NCBI GenBank assembly: GCA_965216365.1
Contig: CBDCFT010000070.1
Span: forward strand, 92,779-156,778
DNA length: 64,000 bases
Direction: 5' to 3'
Source: Arenicellales bacterium
Lineage (GTDB): Bacteria; Pseudomonadota; Gammaproteobacteria; Arenicellales; CBDCFT01
Under the pieces are notes generated by a model. It made no database searches. It was not told where the DNA came from and worked only from the letters and a program-made list of their open reading frames with translations. Positions 19,270 to 29,175 of this stretch are shown here, piece after piece (the stretch's first letter is position 1; each line of letters opens with the position of its first letter). The position numbers were made by a program, and so were the translations under genes.

Positions 19270-20919
19270 ATGTCAAAGAAAACAGATTGGATAACAAGTA
19301 GTATTTCGGATCGGGAAGCAGTTGAGAAAGTGCAAAAACTGCAGACCGCATTCGAAAGTGGCAAGATGAGCCGCCGCAATTTTATGGCCGCGACTTTTGC
19401 GTTAGGTGTATCAATGACCGCGGCGTCGGGATTTCTGACCAAGGCGCAAGCCGCGACACCGAAAAAAGGTGGCCGGCTTCGTGTCGGTTTGACCGGTGGT
19501 GCAACCAGCGATGTCATGGATCCGGGTCAGATTCTCGACCTTTACATGATCCATTTGCAGTTTGGTCAATTGCGTAACAATTTGACTGAATTCAATGCAA
19601 ACGGCGAACTGATTCCAGAACTGGCGGAAAGCTGGGAATCGTCACCCGACGCAAAAATCTGGACATTTAACATCCGGCAAGGTGTCGAATTCCACAATGG
19701 CAAGACACTCGACTCCCAGGACGTTGTCGATTCATTGAATCATCATCTGGGTGAAGAATCGACTTCGGCGGCAAAGGGAATTTTGGATGGTATCGTGTCA
19801 GTCAAAGCGGATGGCAACAACGTCGTGGTTGAGTTAAGCGGTGGTGACGCCGACTTCCCATACCTGATGAGTGACTATCACCTCAATATTTGTCCGTCTA
19901 ATGGTGACGGTACTATTGACTGGCAATCGGGTGTTGGCACGGGTGGATATACACTGGTTGAACATGATCCTGGCGTGCGTTCGTTTACGAAGCGCAATCC
20001 CAATTACTGGAAAGAGGGCATGGCTCACTTCGACGAAGTGGAAATCCTGCAAATCGCCGATGCGAGTGCGCGGGTTAATGCGTTACGCACCGATTCGCTG
20101 GATTGCATGAACAACGTCGAAGTCAAAACCGTTAACCGGCTGAAAAAAGTTCCCGGTATCGTTGTGCGCGCAACCACGGGCAACAAACAAATCACCATGC
20201 CCATGCGTACCGACACCGCGCCGTTCGATAACAACGATTTTCGTCTTGCTGTTAAACATATCGTCGATCGTGAACAGTGGCTGGAGAAAATCGTTTACGG
20301 TTATGGCGAATTGGGTAACGACAATCCTATCGGTCCGGCTAATATTTATCGTGCGACAACGGATGAACTTCCGCAACGTATGTACGATCCGGACAAGGCC
20401 AAGCATCATCTAAAGAAAGCGGGTCATGACAGCATCAAGATCCAGTTCCATGCTGCTGAAACTGGTTTTGGTGGTGCGATAGATGCCGGACAGCTAATGC
20501 GTGAAACAGCGGCCCCGGCGGGTATCGACATCGAAGTGGTGCGCGAACCTGACGATGGTTATTGGTCCAATGTCTGGATGCAAAAAGCGTTCAGCGCCTG
20601 TTACTGGAGTGGACGCCCGACCGAGAACTGGATTTTCTCGCAAATTTACGCTTCTGACGCGAGTTGGAATGACACCTACTGGAAGCATGACAAATTTAAC
20701 GAGTTGCTGGTGCAGGCGCGTGCTGAACTGGATACCGGTAAACGCCGTGAACTGTATGTCGAGATGCAACGCATCGTTAACGAAGAAGGCGGCGTTTGTC
20801 TGCCGCTGTTCCAGAGCGATGTCATGGCGGCAAACGATAAACTTCACATGCCGGAAGTTGTCGGTGCTAACTGGGAACTCGATGGCGCAAAGAACGCTGA
20901 GCGCTGGTGGTTCGCTTAA
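19270..20919 (+). CDS. ABC transporter family-5 substrate-binding protein with Tat signal
   Basis: SRRNFM twin-arginine motif; PELAESW, GVEFHNG, GTGGY; RBS GAGGAG. Confidence 0.92.
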   Translation: MSKKTDWITSSISDREAVEKVQKLQTAFESGKMSRRNFMAATFALGVSMTAASGFLTKAQAATPKKGGRLRVGLTGGATSDVMDPGQILDLYMIHLQFGQLRNNLTEFNANGELIPELAESWESSPDAKIWTFNIRQGVEFHNGKTLDSQDVVDSLNHHLGEESTSAAKGILDGIVSVKADGNNVVVELSGGDADFPYLMSDYHLNICPSNGDGTIDWQSGVGTGGYTLVEHDPGVRSFTKRNPNYWKEGMAHFDEVEILQIADASARVNALRTDSLDCMNNVEVKTVNRLKKVPGIVVRATTGNKQITMPMRTDTAPFDNNDFRLAVKHIVDREQWLEKIVYGYGELGNDNPIGPANIYRATTDELPQRMYDPDKAKHHLKKAGHDSIKIQFHAAETGFGGAIDAGQLMRETAAPAGIDIEVVREPDDGYWSNVWMQKAFSACYWSGRPTENWIFSQIYASDASWNDTYWKHDKFNELLVQARAELDTGKRRELYVEMQRIVNEEGGVCLPLFQSDVMAANDKLHMPEVVGANWELDGAKNAERWWFA

Positions 20920-20944
20920 TCGCGTAAGTTCTACTTCCTAAACG

Positions 20945-20973
20945 AAAAGGGCCGGTTTTACCGGCCCTTTTTT
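20945..20973. terminator. Bidirectional intrinsic terminator
   Basis: AAAAGGGCCGG-tttta-CCGGCCCTTTTTT. Confidence 0.9.
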
Positions 20974-20981
20974 GAGCAAGT

Positions 20982-22094
20982 TTATTCGTAAACCGCTACC
21001 GCATCGCCCAAAACATCTGCCAGCGGTTCTATACCAAGACCTGGGCGGTCGTGCGCCTGCATGGTACCGTTAATTTGCGCGATGGGATTTTCAACAGTAT
21101 TAAAACTAACCAGATCGCCGATATCCCAGATCCATAACAACCGGTTGGCCGGTGTCGCCTGCGCGAGATGCACTATCGCTGCCTGGGTGATATTGCTGCC
21201 GCCGGAACACTGGACATGCACCGGTATCCCTAAATCGATACATAGATTGCGCATTTCCAGCGCCGGGGTCAGTCCGCCGACACGGCCAATTTTCAGATTC
21301 ACCGCATCACATACGCCGTCATTCCATGCGCGAACAACAGTGCTCAAATCAAGTGCGCATTCGTCGAGTACGATAGGCCGTCCACAGGTTTGCCGAACGG
21401 TTTTGCACTCTTCGTAGCTATTACACGGTTGTTCGAAATAAATATCGACGTCTTTGGTAACTTGCATAATGCGAATGGCTTCGTCCACGCGCCAATCGCC
21501 GTTGGCATCGATCTTGACGGATTCGCCAGGCAACATTTTTTCGCCCAATTCAGTTATAAAAGCAACGTCGGTTGCCACATCGCCACTGACTTTAGTCGAA
21601 AACTGCGTGCATTGGTTGGTGCGGTTTTGTTCGATGCGTTGATCCATCAGTTCGCTGTGGGTGACGGGAATCCATCCTGCCGTCTGAACGTTCTGGTTTA
21701 ACTTTCCACCCAGCAGCATGTAAAGCGGCGCGTCCGCAACCTTACCCAGGATATCCCAGCACGCCATGTCGATGCCGTGCTTGACATAAGGGTGGCCCAA
21801 CATATTGTGATCCATCAGGTCATAGATAACTTTGGGCCGGCTCGGGTCTTGTCCCAGCAATGATGGTGCGAGTTCCCCGATACCCGCTCGCGCGCCAAGC
21901 GCGAAAGCCTCCAAATAGTTCGGACCAAACGGACAGGTTTCGCCCCAGCCGACGATACCTGCGTCCGTATCGATGCGAACAATCGTGTTGTCCAGAGAAT
22001 TCCAGGTGCGCCCGCCAGACAATTTATAAGTTCCCCGGTCGAAAGGCAGGTTGACTTGATAAACGGATATTCTTGTTATTTTCATGCTGTTCAT
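20982..22094 (-). CDS. Mandelate racemase/muconate lactonizing family enzyme (HpbD / hydroxyproline dehydratase-like)
   Basis: YKLSGGR, GWGETCPFGPNYL, DAN/EQP/DE metal ligands, NLKIGRVGG. Confidence 0.88.
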   Translation of the reverse strand: MNSMKITRISVYQVNLPFDRGTYKLSGGRTWNSLDNTIVRIDTDAGIVGWGETCPFGPNYLEAFALGARAGIGELAPSLLGQDPSRPKVIYDLMDHNMLGHPYVKHGIDMACWDILGKVADAPLYMLLGGKLNQNVQTAGWIPVTHSELMDQRIEQNRTNQCTQFSTKVSGDVATDVAFITELGEKMLPGESVKIDANGDWRVDEAIRIMQVTKDVDIYFEQPCNSYEECKTVRQTCGRPIVLDECALDLSTVVRAWNDGVCDAVNLKIGRVGGLTPALEMRNLCIDLGIPVHVQCSGGSNITQAAIVHLAQATPANRLLWIWDIGDLVSFNTVENPIAQINGTMQAHDRPGLGIEPLADVLGDAVAVYE

Positions 22095-22098
22095 CAGG

Positions 22099-23199
22099 CT
22101 AATGGTAAACCGCTATCGGTTCGCCCAGCGCGTCCATGCGTGGCGTGACGCCTAAGCCGGGTTCGTCGTTTAAATGAAGTATTCCGTTTTTTACCTCCGG
22201 TGCGCCGTCGGCTACAGGCGCCATATCGTTGATAAAACTGTATGAACCCAGTTGCATTCCGATTGGTGTGTTCGCAGCAAGCTGTGCTTGTGCCGCCCGC
22301 GTGATTTCAGTTCCCGCGGTGTCTTCGATGCGCATAAGAATACCGTGGCGAAGACAAAGATCACGCATGCGACGGGCGCGGCTGAGTCCACCCGCATGAG
22401 TCACTTTGATAACCAAACCATCCAGTGCGTCGTCGGCAATAGCACGGGCAAGATCGGTTGTATTGTCTATCACTTCATCCAGGATCAGGGGGCGGCGGCA
22501 ACGCGAACGTACGGTCCGACACTCTTGATACGTGGCGCAGGGTTGTTCGACGTAACAATCGATTTCGTTTAACCCCGCAACCGCCCGCAGGGCGTCCGCC
22601 TTGGACCAGCCGCGATTGGCGTCGGCCATGAAAATATCGCCTGGTTTGCCCGCTTCGACTACGGCTCTGACCCGCTGAACATCTTCAACTGGATCATCGC
22701 CAATTTTTATCTGAAAGCGGCTAAAGCCTTCCTCCCTTTTCGTCGCGAGGGTTGCTGTCATCGCATCCGGAGTATCGAGCGCGATGGAGGCATAAGCTGG
22801 AATCGTACTCTGGAAGCGTCCGCCGAGTAATGCGCTGACCGGTAATCCCGTGCGTTTGCCCAGCACATCCCAACAGGCAATATCAATGGCCGCTTTGGCA
22901 TAGCCATGTCCAAACAACGCTTCGTCCATGCATTGTGCAATCCTGTCAAGCTGGGTTGCATCCTGACCCAGTAAAGCGGGAGCCATCTCTTCGATACCGG
23001 CGCGCACGCCATCAGCAAAAGCGGGCAGGTAGATCGAACCGATAGGACAGCTCTCGCCAACGCCTGAAAGTCCGGATTGTGTTTCGATAATAACAACAGT
23101 GCTGTCGAGGTGGCTGGGTTTGTGTCGTCCAACCCATTTGCTGCCGAGTGGCTTGAACGGAATTTTCACCTGATAGACAGAGATACTTGCAATCTTCAT
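22099..23199 (-). CDS. Mandelate racemase/muconate lactonizing family enzyme (second paralogue)
   Basis: GESCPIGSIYLPA, FQIK, DAN/EQP/DE, IEDT. Confidence 0.88.
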   Translation of the reverse strand: MKIASISVYQVKIPFKPLGSKWVGRHKPSHLDSTVVIIETQSGLSGVGESCPIGSIYLPAFADGVRAGIEEMAPALLGQDATQLDRIAQCMDEALFGHGYAKAAIDIACWDVLGKRTGLPVSALLGGRFQSTIPAYASIALDTPDAMTATLATKREEGFSRFQIKIGDDPVEDVQRVRAVVEAGKPGDIFMADANRGWSKADALRAVAGLNEIDCYVEQPCATYQECRTVRSRCRRPLILDEVIDNTTDLARAIADDALDGLVIKVTHAGGLSRARRMRDLCLRHGILMRIEDTAGTEITRAAQAQLAANTPIGMQLGSYSFINDMAPVADGAPEVKNGILHLNDEPGLGVTPRMDALGEPIAVYH

Positions 23200-23408
23200 T
23201 AGCTGCTATGCGATACATCCTCAGATAGGTGGCCATGCTGCCACACGCATCACAACTATGACAACACATCTACAAACAAGTGATAAGCTTTTACCAACAA
23301 CAACCGCGAGACCAGCAAACATGAATGACGCAGTCAGTGCGAAAGACTTGAAAAATGTACAAAGCGTAATCGCCGGGCGCTAACAACACCGGCGCTATGT
23401 CCGGCGAA

Positions 23409-23789
23409 TTATTGAAAGTACGCTTTTAATGGTTGCCAATACATTTTCTGCCAGCCGCCTGCAAGATGTTCAGCCGATTCTTCAGGGAATCCCGTGTGCT
23501 CCAGAGTGACTTCAGTTGAGTCACCTGATGCATTGATATCGAATTTCACAACCGAGTAAGTTCCTTCCGGCCACGGGCCGGCACGCCAGGCCTGAACGAT
23601 TCGCTCGTTGGGTTTTAACTCTATGTGACGACCGGTGATCTGACCGCCAAAGCAGGAGAATGCGCCGCCTTCATCCTGTGCAATTTCCGCCGGCGCCCCG
23701 GTCACTTTGCCGAATTCTTCTGCGGACATTAACGCGTTGTAGACTTTTTCGGGACTGGCCTTGATCGTGATTGTCTGATTGATCGCCAT
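23409..23789 (-). CDS. SRPBCC/AHSA1 domain protein
   Basis: Start MAINQTITIKASPEKVY with AGGAG RBS; RIVQAWR, GWQKMYW. Confidence 0.88.
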   Translation of the reverse strand: MAINQTITIKASPEKVYNALMSAEEFGKVTGAPAEIAQDEGGAFSCFGGQITGRHIELKPNERIVQAWRAGPWPEGTYSVVKFDINASGDSTEVTLEHTGFPEESAEHLAGGWQKMYWQPLKAYFQ

Positions 23790-23818
23790 GATGAATTCGC
23801 TCCTGATGGGTCGATTGA

Positions 23819-23844
23819 AATAGTAAACCACATGGTTTACTATT
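23819..23844. promoter_or_regulatory. Perfect 12 bp inverted-repeat operator
   Basis: AATAGTAAACCA-ca-TGGTTTACTATT between the divergent SRPBCC and ArsR genes. Confidence 0.8.
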
Positions 23845-23850
23845 GACGGT

Positions 23851-24231
23851 ATGTTGTCAACTGTCAAAGCAGCCGGTGTCGCTTCGGACAAAGACCTCGA
23901 CTGCATTTTTCGCGCTTTGGCGGACCCAACTCGACGCGAGATTCTTTCCCGGCTCGCCGATGGCTCGGCAATGGTTACCGAGCTTGCCGAGCCGTTTGAT
24001 ATGTCATTACCCGCGGTGGGTAAACATCTCAAGGTTCTCGAACAGGCCGGCTTGGTCAAACGTACCGTGAATGGACGGGTGCACCGCTGCTCTCTTAATG
24101 CAACGCCATTAAAAGATGCTACCCAATGGTTGGCGCACTATGAAAAATTCTGGGATGAGACCCTCGATGCTTTAATCGACTACGTCGAGGACGATTCGAC
24201 GCATACCGCGAACCGGCAAAAAAGACGTTAA
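23851..24231 (+). CDS. ArsR/SmtB family regulator
   Basis: FRALADPTRREIL, KHLKVLEQAGLV. Confidence 0.92.
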   Translation: MLSTVKAAGVASDKDLDCIFRALADPTRREILSRLADGSAMVTELAEPFDMSLPAVGKHLKVLEQAGLVKRTVNGRVHRCSLNATPLKDATQWLAHYEKFWDETLDALIDYVEDDSTHTANRQKRR

Positions 24232-24690
24232 ATGACTAACGATAAAGACGCTGCAAACCCAAATAGTCTGTCCGTCAAGAGATTGATTCCAGCGACGCCG
24301 GAACGTGTGTTTCGTGCCTGGACGAGTCCCGATGAATTACAAAAGTGGTGGGGGCCTGTTGGTGTTCGTTGTCTGTCGGCGGATGTCGATTTACAAGTAG
24401 GTGGTCAATACCGAATTTCGAATGAACTCCCCGACGGAAAAATCTTATTGATATCAGGCGTGTTTGAAACGATTCAGATACCCCGTTTATTGATCTATAC
24501 ATGGACTGTTGAAACGGAATCTCCAAATATGGAACGTGTTTGCGTGGAATTTAAAGAACACGAACAGGGAACGGAGATTATTCTCAATCACGAATTGATT
24601 TCTACGAGCTTGTTACGCGACCAACACGAACAAGGTTGGTTTGGTTGCCTCGATGGATTGATTAAGTTTCTAACCTACAAGTTGAGTTAA
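24232..24690 (+). CDS. SRPBCC/AHSA1 domain protein
   Basis: PERVFRAWT, WWGP, DLQVGG, HEQGW. Confidence 0.9.
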   Translation: MTNDKDAANPNSLSVKRLIPATPERVFRAWTSPDELQKWWGPVGVRCLSADVDLQVGGQYRISNELPDGKILLISGVFETIQIPRLLIYTWTVETESPNMERVCVEFKEHEQGTEIILNHELISTSLLRDQHEQGWFGCLDGLIKFLTYKLS

Positions 24691-24694
24691 TTGG

Positions 24695-25477
24695 TCACCA
24701 CAATGCGCCAGCATTCACCTGAATGTCTTCCATGGTCAGGCCCGCGGCAGCATCCGAGCAGCAAAATGCGGCGAGGGCGGCGATTTCTTCCGGTTGAATG
24801 AGTCGGTTTTGCGGGTTGCTGGCACCCATTGCCGCAATTTCTTCAGCCTGAGTGCGCCCGGATTTTTTCGCCATAGTGCGTGCGCTTGCGCGCAACATTT
24901 CCGTTTCCACCCAGCCCGGGCTGATGGCAACGCAGGTGATACCGTGCGGACCGCCTTCCAAGGCAACGGCACGGGTCAATCCGATCAAACCGGTCTTAGA
25001 AGCACAATAAGCGGCATGGGTCGGCGCGGCGACACGGGCTGCGGTCGATGCGATGTTAACGATGCGTCCCCAGCCTTGTTCTTTCATATGCGGCAGACAG
25101 GCGCGAATCATGCGAAACGGGCCGCATAGATTCGTATCGATAACAGCATCCCAATCTTCGTCGGAATGACCCGAGACGGTTTGGTGAACGGAAACACCTG
25201 CGGCGTTGATCAGTATATCGGGTGCGCCCATCGAATCTCTAACCTTGTTAACGAAGCCGTCAACGGACTCGGTTGATTGCACATCGAGGGGCGCGATCAG
25301 GCACTCATCACCGATTTCCGATTTCGCTTTCGCGGCTAATTCGGCGTCTGCACCACGCCGCGCACCGACTGCAACTCTAATACCCTTCCGGGAAAGTTCT
25401 GCAGCGATGGCCAGACCAATTCCCTGCAACCCACCGGTCACTATCGCTGTTCGATCTTTGTTCATATCAATTTTCAT
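24695..25477 (-). CDS. Short-chain dehydrogenase, 3-hydroxybutyrate dehydrogenase-like
   Basis: TGGLQGIG, NAAG, YCASK, PGWVETEM. Confidence 0.9.
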   Translation of the reverse strand: MKIDMNKDRTAIVTGGLQGIGLAIAAELSRKGIRVAVGARRGADAELAAKAKSEIGDECLIAPLDVQSTESVDGFVNKVRDSMGAPDILINAAGVSVHQTVSGHSDEDWDAVIDTNLCGPFRMIRACLPHMKEQGWGRIVNIASTAARVAAPTHAAYCASKTGLIGLTRAVALEGGPHGITCVAISPGWVETEMLRASARTMAKKSGRTQAEEIAAMGASNPQNRLIQPEEIAALAAFCCSDAAAGLTMEDIQVNAGALW

Positions 25478-25485
25478 GTTTGAAT

Positions 25486-26655
25486 TTAATACGTCATGCC
25501 CGAGGCTAAAATTTGATTCGCTTCATCGGTATAGCCCAGTTGGTTGGCTAACAGGCGCAGCTTCTCATGAAAACTTTCGCGCGGCACGTTGCATATCTGT
25601 AAAAAACGATTCGGGTCAGTGAATTCGCTACGGGCGTGAAGCACGCGATGATTGTCGAACAATACCGTGTCACCAGCATTTAACTTAAAGCGCGCCTGGT
25701 TGGCGGGTTCCATCATTAAATTACACAGGTAATGATGCGCGGCGTAGTAAGGTTCGACTAATTCTTCGGCAAGATCCAATGGCGCAGAGGCGCGGGTGTG
25801 AATACGCACGCCGCTGACTTCACCCCGGTCATCCAGCGCGATCATGCGTTGTCGTGCGCGTTGGTCAATTTCTCCATCGTGAATCCGATGAAACGACTGT
25901 GAGTAATTGGTGAGTAGATTAAAGGCATCGGGATTTTCTTTGCGCAGTTTTTCAGCGAGATGAAACCCATCGACCAGAATCGAATCGCCACCGTCATTCG
26001 CCGGTTGAATACACGATAAGACATTGATACCGGGTGGTGAATAACGAAATGCTTCGTCTGTATGTGGAGGCACGGGGCGTGTCGTGTTACCCAGAACCTG
26101 TATATTACTGGCCGGCGCGAGATCAAAGATTTTTGTATAAGCCGATTCACCCATCTCCCCGATCAGATTCGCAACCGACGTAATCGAACCCGGCGTCCCC
26201 GGCCCGTTTGTAACGATGACAAAACCAAAATCGCGCAGTTTTCGGCAAACGTCTAACCGTACTTCGTCGTTTTTACAAGCGTCGTCATAGTTCGCCAGCG
26301 GCAGCGATTCCGATATGTCGGCGTTCCATAGCACGGGTTTATGAAAGCGCGCCGCACGTGAATCTTTGTCGTAACAATGTTGACGCAGCCACGTAGAACC
26401 GTATTGCGAGATATGATTGTCCGGCAGCCACCGGATTACCAGCCGCCCGTCTATCGAGACTTCAACTGAAGCAGGCTTGATTTCCAGTGGAATTTCGCTG
26501 GGCACGATATAGCGTTTACTGGAATAACTGTCTCCGCAGTGTTCGCAATAACAGCAATCCCGCAGCCAGATAAAATGAAAAAAACTCGTGTAATTATCGG
26601 CCCAGCTTATTTCCAGGCCGTTGTCCTGCTGGTTAAAGCCGGCAATTTCCATCAC
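25486..26655 (-). CDS. Fe(II)/2-oxoglutarate dioxygenase, gamma-butyrobetaine/trimethyllysine hydroxylase family
   Basis: N-terminal WLRDCCYCEHC Zn domain; HTD; FDNHRVLHAR. Confidence 0.88.
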   Translation of the reverse strand: MMEIAGFNQQDNGLEISWADNYTSFFHFIWLRDCCYCEHCGDSYSSKRYIVPSEIPLEIKPASVEVSIDGRLVIRWLPDNHISQYGSTWLRQHCYDKDSRAARFHKPVLWNADISESLPLANYDDACKNDEVRLDVCRKLRDFGFVIVTNGPGTPGSITSVANLIGEMGESAYTKIFDLAPASNIQVLGNTTRPVPPHTDEAFRYSPPGINVLSCIQPANDGGDSILVDGFHLAEKLRKENPDAFNLLTNYSQSFHRIHDGEIDQRARQRMIALDDRGEVSGVRIHTRASAPLDLAEELVEPYYAAHHYLCNLMMEPANQARFKLNAGDTVLFDNHRVLHARSEFTDPNRFLQICNVPRESFHEKLRLLANQLGYTDEANQILASGMTY

Positions 26656-26888
26656 GATATGTAAGCGTGTTTAAAGTTCATCGTCAGATTGCATTATAGA
26701 TCGCATCGAGCCAGGATTAAGTGTAAAAAATGGACATCTGAACTTCTTTCATCATTGCAAGACCGGGGGTGACGTGGCAAGCTGCGCCGGCGATTTTAGA
26801 CGCGGAAATTCAACAACTCGTTCACGGTATTTTTTTGAATCCCGCGCAATCGGTTTGTGCTCAACACATTTCGGGACCTGACTATATT

Positions 26889-28142
26889 ATGTTTAAGGAA
26901 TCTTTGCTCGGTGAAATACGCGATAAATTTCACCATGTCGATAGCTGTCCTTACCAGGGGCCACGGGCTTTTTTCGAAAACGCCGGTGGCTCGCTGACTT
27001 TGAAGTCGGTGGTTGAAGTGAATACGCATTTGTCGTCCATCCCTGATAATCAGGGTCGCGATAATCCTGCATCCCATGAGTTGGTGCGCATTATTGATAA
27101 AGCGCGCCAGGACATGATGTTGTTTCTTGGTGCGCAGGACGGTCTGGTATTCGTTGGAGAGAGTGGCACCGAATTATTGTTTCGCTTGATACGTGCCGCG
27201 GCATTGGGTGTGGAAAAAGATGGTGAAGTGTTGGGCAGTACGCTGGAACATCCGGCGACGGTGAGTGCCTGCAAACGTTGGGCGGGTATTACGGACAAAA
27301 AATATGTGTCTATTCCGCATTGCAATGATACGGCGACGGTGACAGCAGAGGATTACCGAAAATACGTTACGCCAGATACGCGTGTCGCCACCATTATTCA
27401 AACCAGTCCAGTCACCGGCATGGCGGTGGATGTCAAGGCTGTGGTCGATGTGATTCGTGCCGTGTCGCCGGATTGTTTTATTGTTGTCGACGGTATTCAA
27501 CATGCGGCGCACGGTGCGCTGGATATCGATAGTTACAACATCGATGCGTTTGCGGTTTCCGCTTATAAAGTGTTTTCCAAACACAACTATGGTGTTGCCT
27601 GGGTGTCACCACGCATGAGCACGCTGGCCCACGATAAACTGGATGGTACGGCAGATGATTTTTGGGAGTTGGGTACGCGCGATACATCGGCGTTTGCGAC
27701 GTTTTCGGAAGTGGTTAATTATTTGGATTGGTTAGGGTCAAAGTTCACTGAATCAAATGACCGGCGCGAACGGCTGGTTGCGGCAGGCAAAGCCATGAAC
27801 GAACAGGAAGAACACCTCGTTAATGCCATGATCGATGGTGTGGAAGGGCAAAAAGGCTTGCGTGACATGCCTGAGGTGTTCGTCATCGGCGGTTTGGATA
27901 ACCCGCGCCGCGAAGGGCTTGTCTCCATTGTCGTTGAGGGTGTAGCGTCAGCCGACGTTGTCGGAAAACTCAACGCAGGCGGCGTTCGCACCCACGTTAG
28001 AAAGAACGATTATTTCTCCGGCAATATTCTAACGCCACTCGGGTTGGATGCCTGTGTGCGCGTGTCCATGTGTCACTATAATTCCGTTGACGAAGTAAAA
28101 CGATTTTTGCAATTAATCGAATCGATGATTGCTGAGCGGTAA
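26889..28142 (+). CDS. Class V aminotransferase (cysteine desulfurase-like PLP enzyme)
   Basis: FENAGG, EHPA, DGIQH, SAYK PLP lysine, RVSMCHYNS; start ATG 26889 preferred. Confidence 0.85.
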   Translation: MFKESLLGEIRDKFHHVDSCPYQGPRAFFENAGGSLTLKSVVEVNTHLSSIPDNQGRDNPASHELVRIIDKARQDMMLFLGAQDGLVFVGESGTELLFRLIRAAALGVEKDGEVLGSTLEHPATVSACKRWAGITDKKYVSIPHCNDTATVTAEDYRKYVTPDTRVATIIQTSPVTGMAVDVKAVVDVIRAVSPDCFIVVDGIQHAAHGALDIDSYNIDAFAVSAYKVFSKHNYGVAWVSPRMSTLAHDKLDGTADDFWELGTRDTSAFATFSEVVNYLDWLGSKFTESNDRRERLVAAGKAMNEQEEHLVNAMIDGVEGQKGLRDMPEVFVIGGLDNPRREGLVSIVVEGVASADVVGKLNAGGVRTHVRKNDYFSGNILTPLGLDACVRVSMCHYNSVDEVKRFLQLIESMIAER

Positions 28143-28186
28143 ATTTACCCAACAGGTTGGCGGCTCGTTAAAGACGGGGGAGGACT

Positions 28187-29146
28187 TCATGCGTTTTCCT
28201 CCGCCAGGTGATCACTCAACGCTTGAATGTGTGAGACGGTCAGGCCGCAACAGCCTCCTAACACCTGCACGTCGTGTTGCTTCCAGTTATGACAGTAGTC
28301 AACGAACGTCCGTTCATCGATAACGTTGCCGAGATTCAGGTTTTTTTCGTTCTCGTTTTCGCGATAGTCTACGGAATCAGGATAAGCCATCAACGGCCCC
28401 GACCAGTGTTCTCTTAACAGTTGCAATGCGGGCAGAGTCGTCTCAGGTTTGGAATGCATAATGCCCATCACATCAGCGCCGGCGCCCACTCCGGCCGCGA
28501 CAATAGGTTCGAAGGCATCGTTCAGTGGTATGGGTTCAGGATCGAAGGTGATTAATGAGCCGTCTGTGTTGCGTATAGCCGATATACCGATCCAAATCGG
28601 GAGTTCATTCGCTTTTGCAGCACGAAATACACAGGTTGCGTAAATCGGGTCGCCCATCATCTCCGCCAATATCAAATCACAACCTGCTGCTTTGTGAATG
28701 GCCGCCATCTCCGTGCAATCGGCTTCAAATTTTTCGGGGTCACTGTAGTACGTCATTCCCCTGGCGCGCGCGCTGGGGGTGATGTGAGTAATTGAACCGG
28801 CGACGAGAATATCTTTTTGCGTCGGTACGTGCTCCCTGGCTTCGACCGCTAACTCGACTGATCGTTTATTTAATTCTATAAACTTGTCGCCAAGCCCCAC
28901 GGGTTCCAGTATTTCCCTGGTTGAGGCAAATGTGTTGGCCGTTATCACGCGAGCGCCGGCTTTAATATAATCCTCGTGAATCTCGCGCAAAATTTGCGGG
29001 TGAGACTCCGTGCCTAGCGCGCACCAGGCTTCCCGTTCCATGGATGCGCCACGTCGTTGCAGCTCGGAGCCGGTTCCAGCATCGATAACCAGCGTGTCAC
29101 CGGCTTTTATCTCAGCCATTACATTTTGATAACGCGAAGTTGTCAT
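28187..29146 (-). CDS. Homocysteine S-methyltransferase family protein
   Basis: DAGTGSEL, AGARVITANTF, GGCCG. Confidence 0.88.
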   Translation of the reverse strand: MTTSRYQNVMAEIKAGDTLVIDAGTGSELQRRGASMEREAWCALGTESHPQILREIHEDYIKAGARVITANTFASTREILEPVGLGDKFIELNKRSVELAVEAREHVPTQKDILVAGSITHITPSARARGMTYYSDPEKFEADCTEMAAIHKAAGCDLILAEMMGDPIYATCVFRAAKANELPIWIGISAIRNTDGSLITFDPEPIPLNDAFEPIVAAGVGAGADVMGIMHSKPETTLPALQLLREHWSGPLMAYPDSVDYRENENEKNLNLGNVIDERTFVDYCHNWKQHDVQVLGGCCGLTVSHIQALSDHLAEENA

Positions 29147-29175
29147 TTTGTGAGGTTCTTAAATGTACAAAAAAT

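Noticed and set aside
23320-23383. 20-codon ORF MNDAVSAKDLKNVQSVIAGR
   Set aside because: No clear RBS or family resemblance; expected by chance
23790-24059. Long N-terminal extension of the SRPBCC ORF
   Set aside because: Antisense shadow of the ArsR gene; the RBS supports ATG 23789
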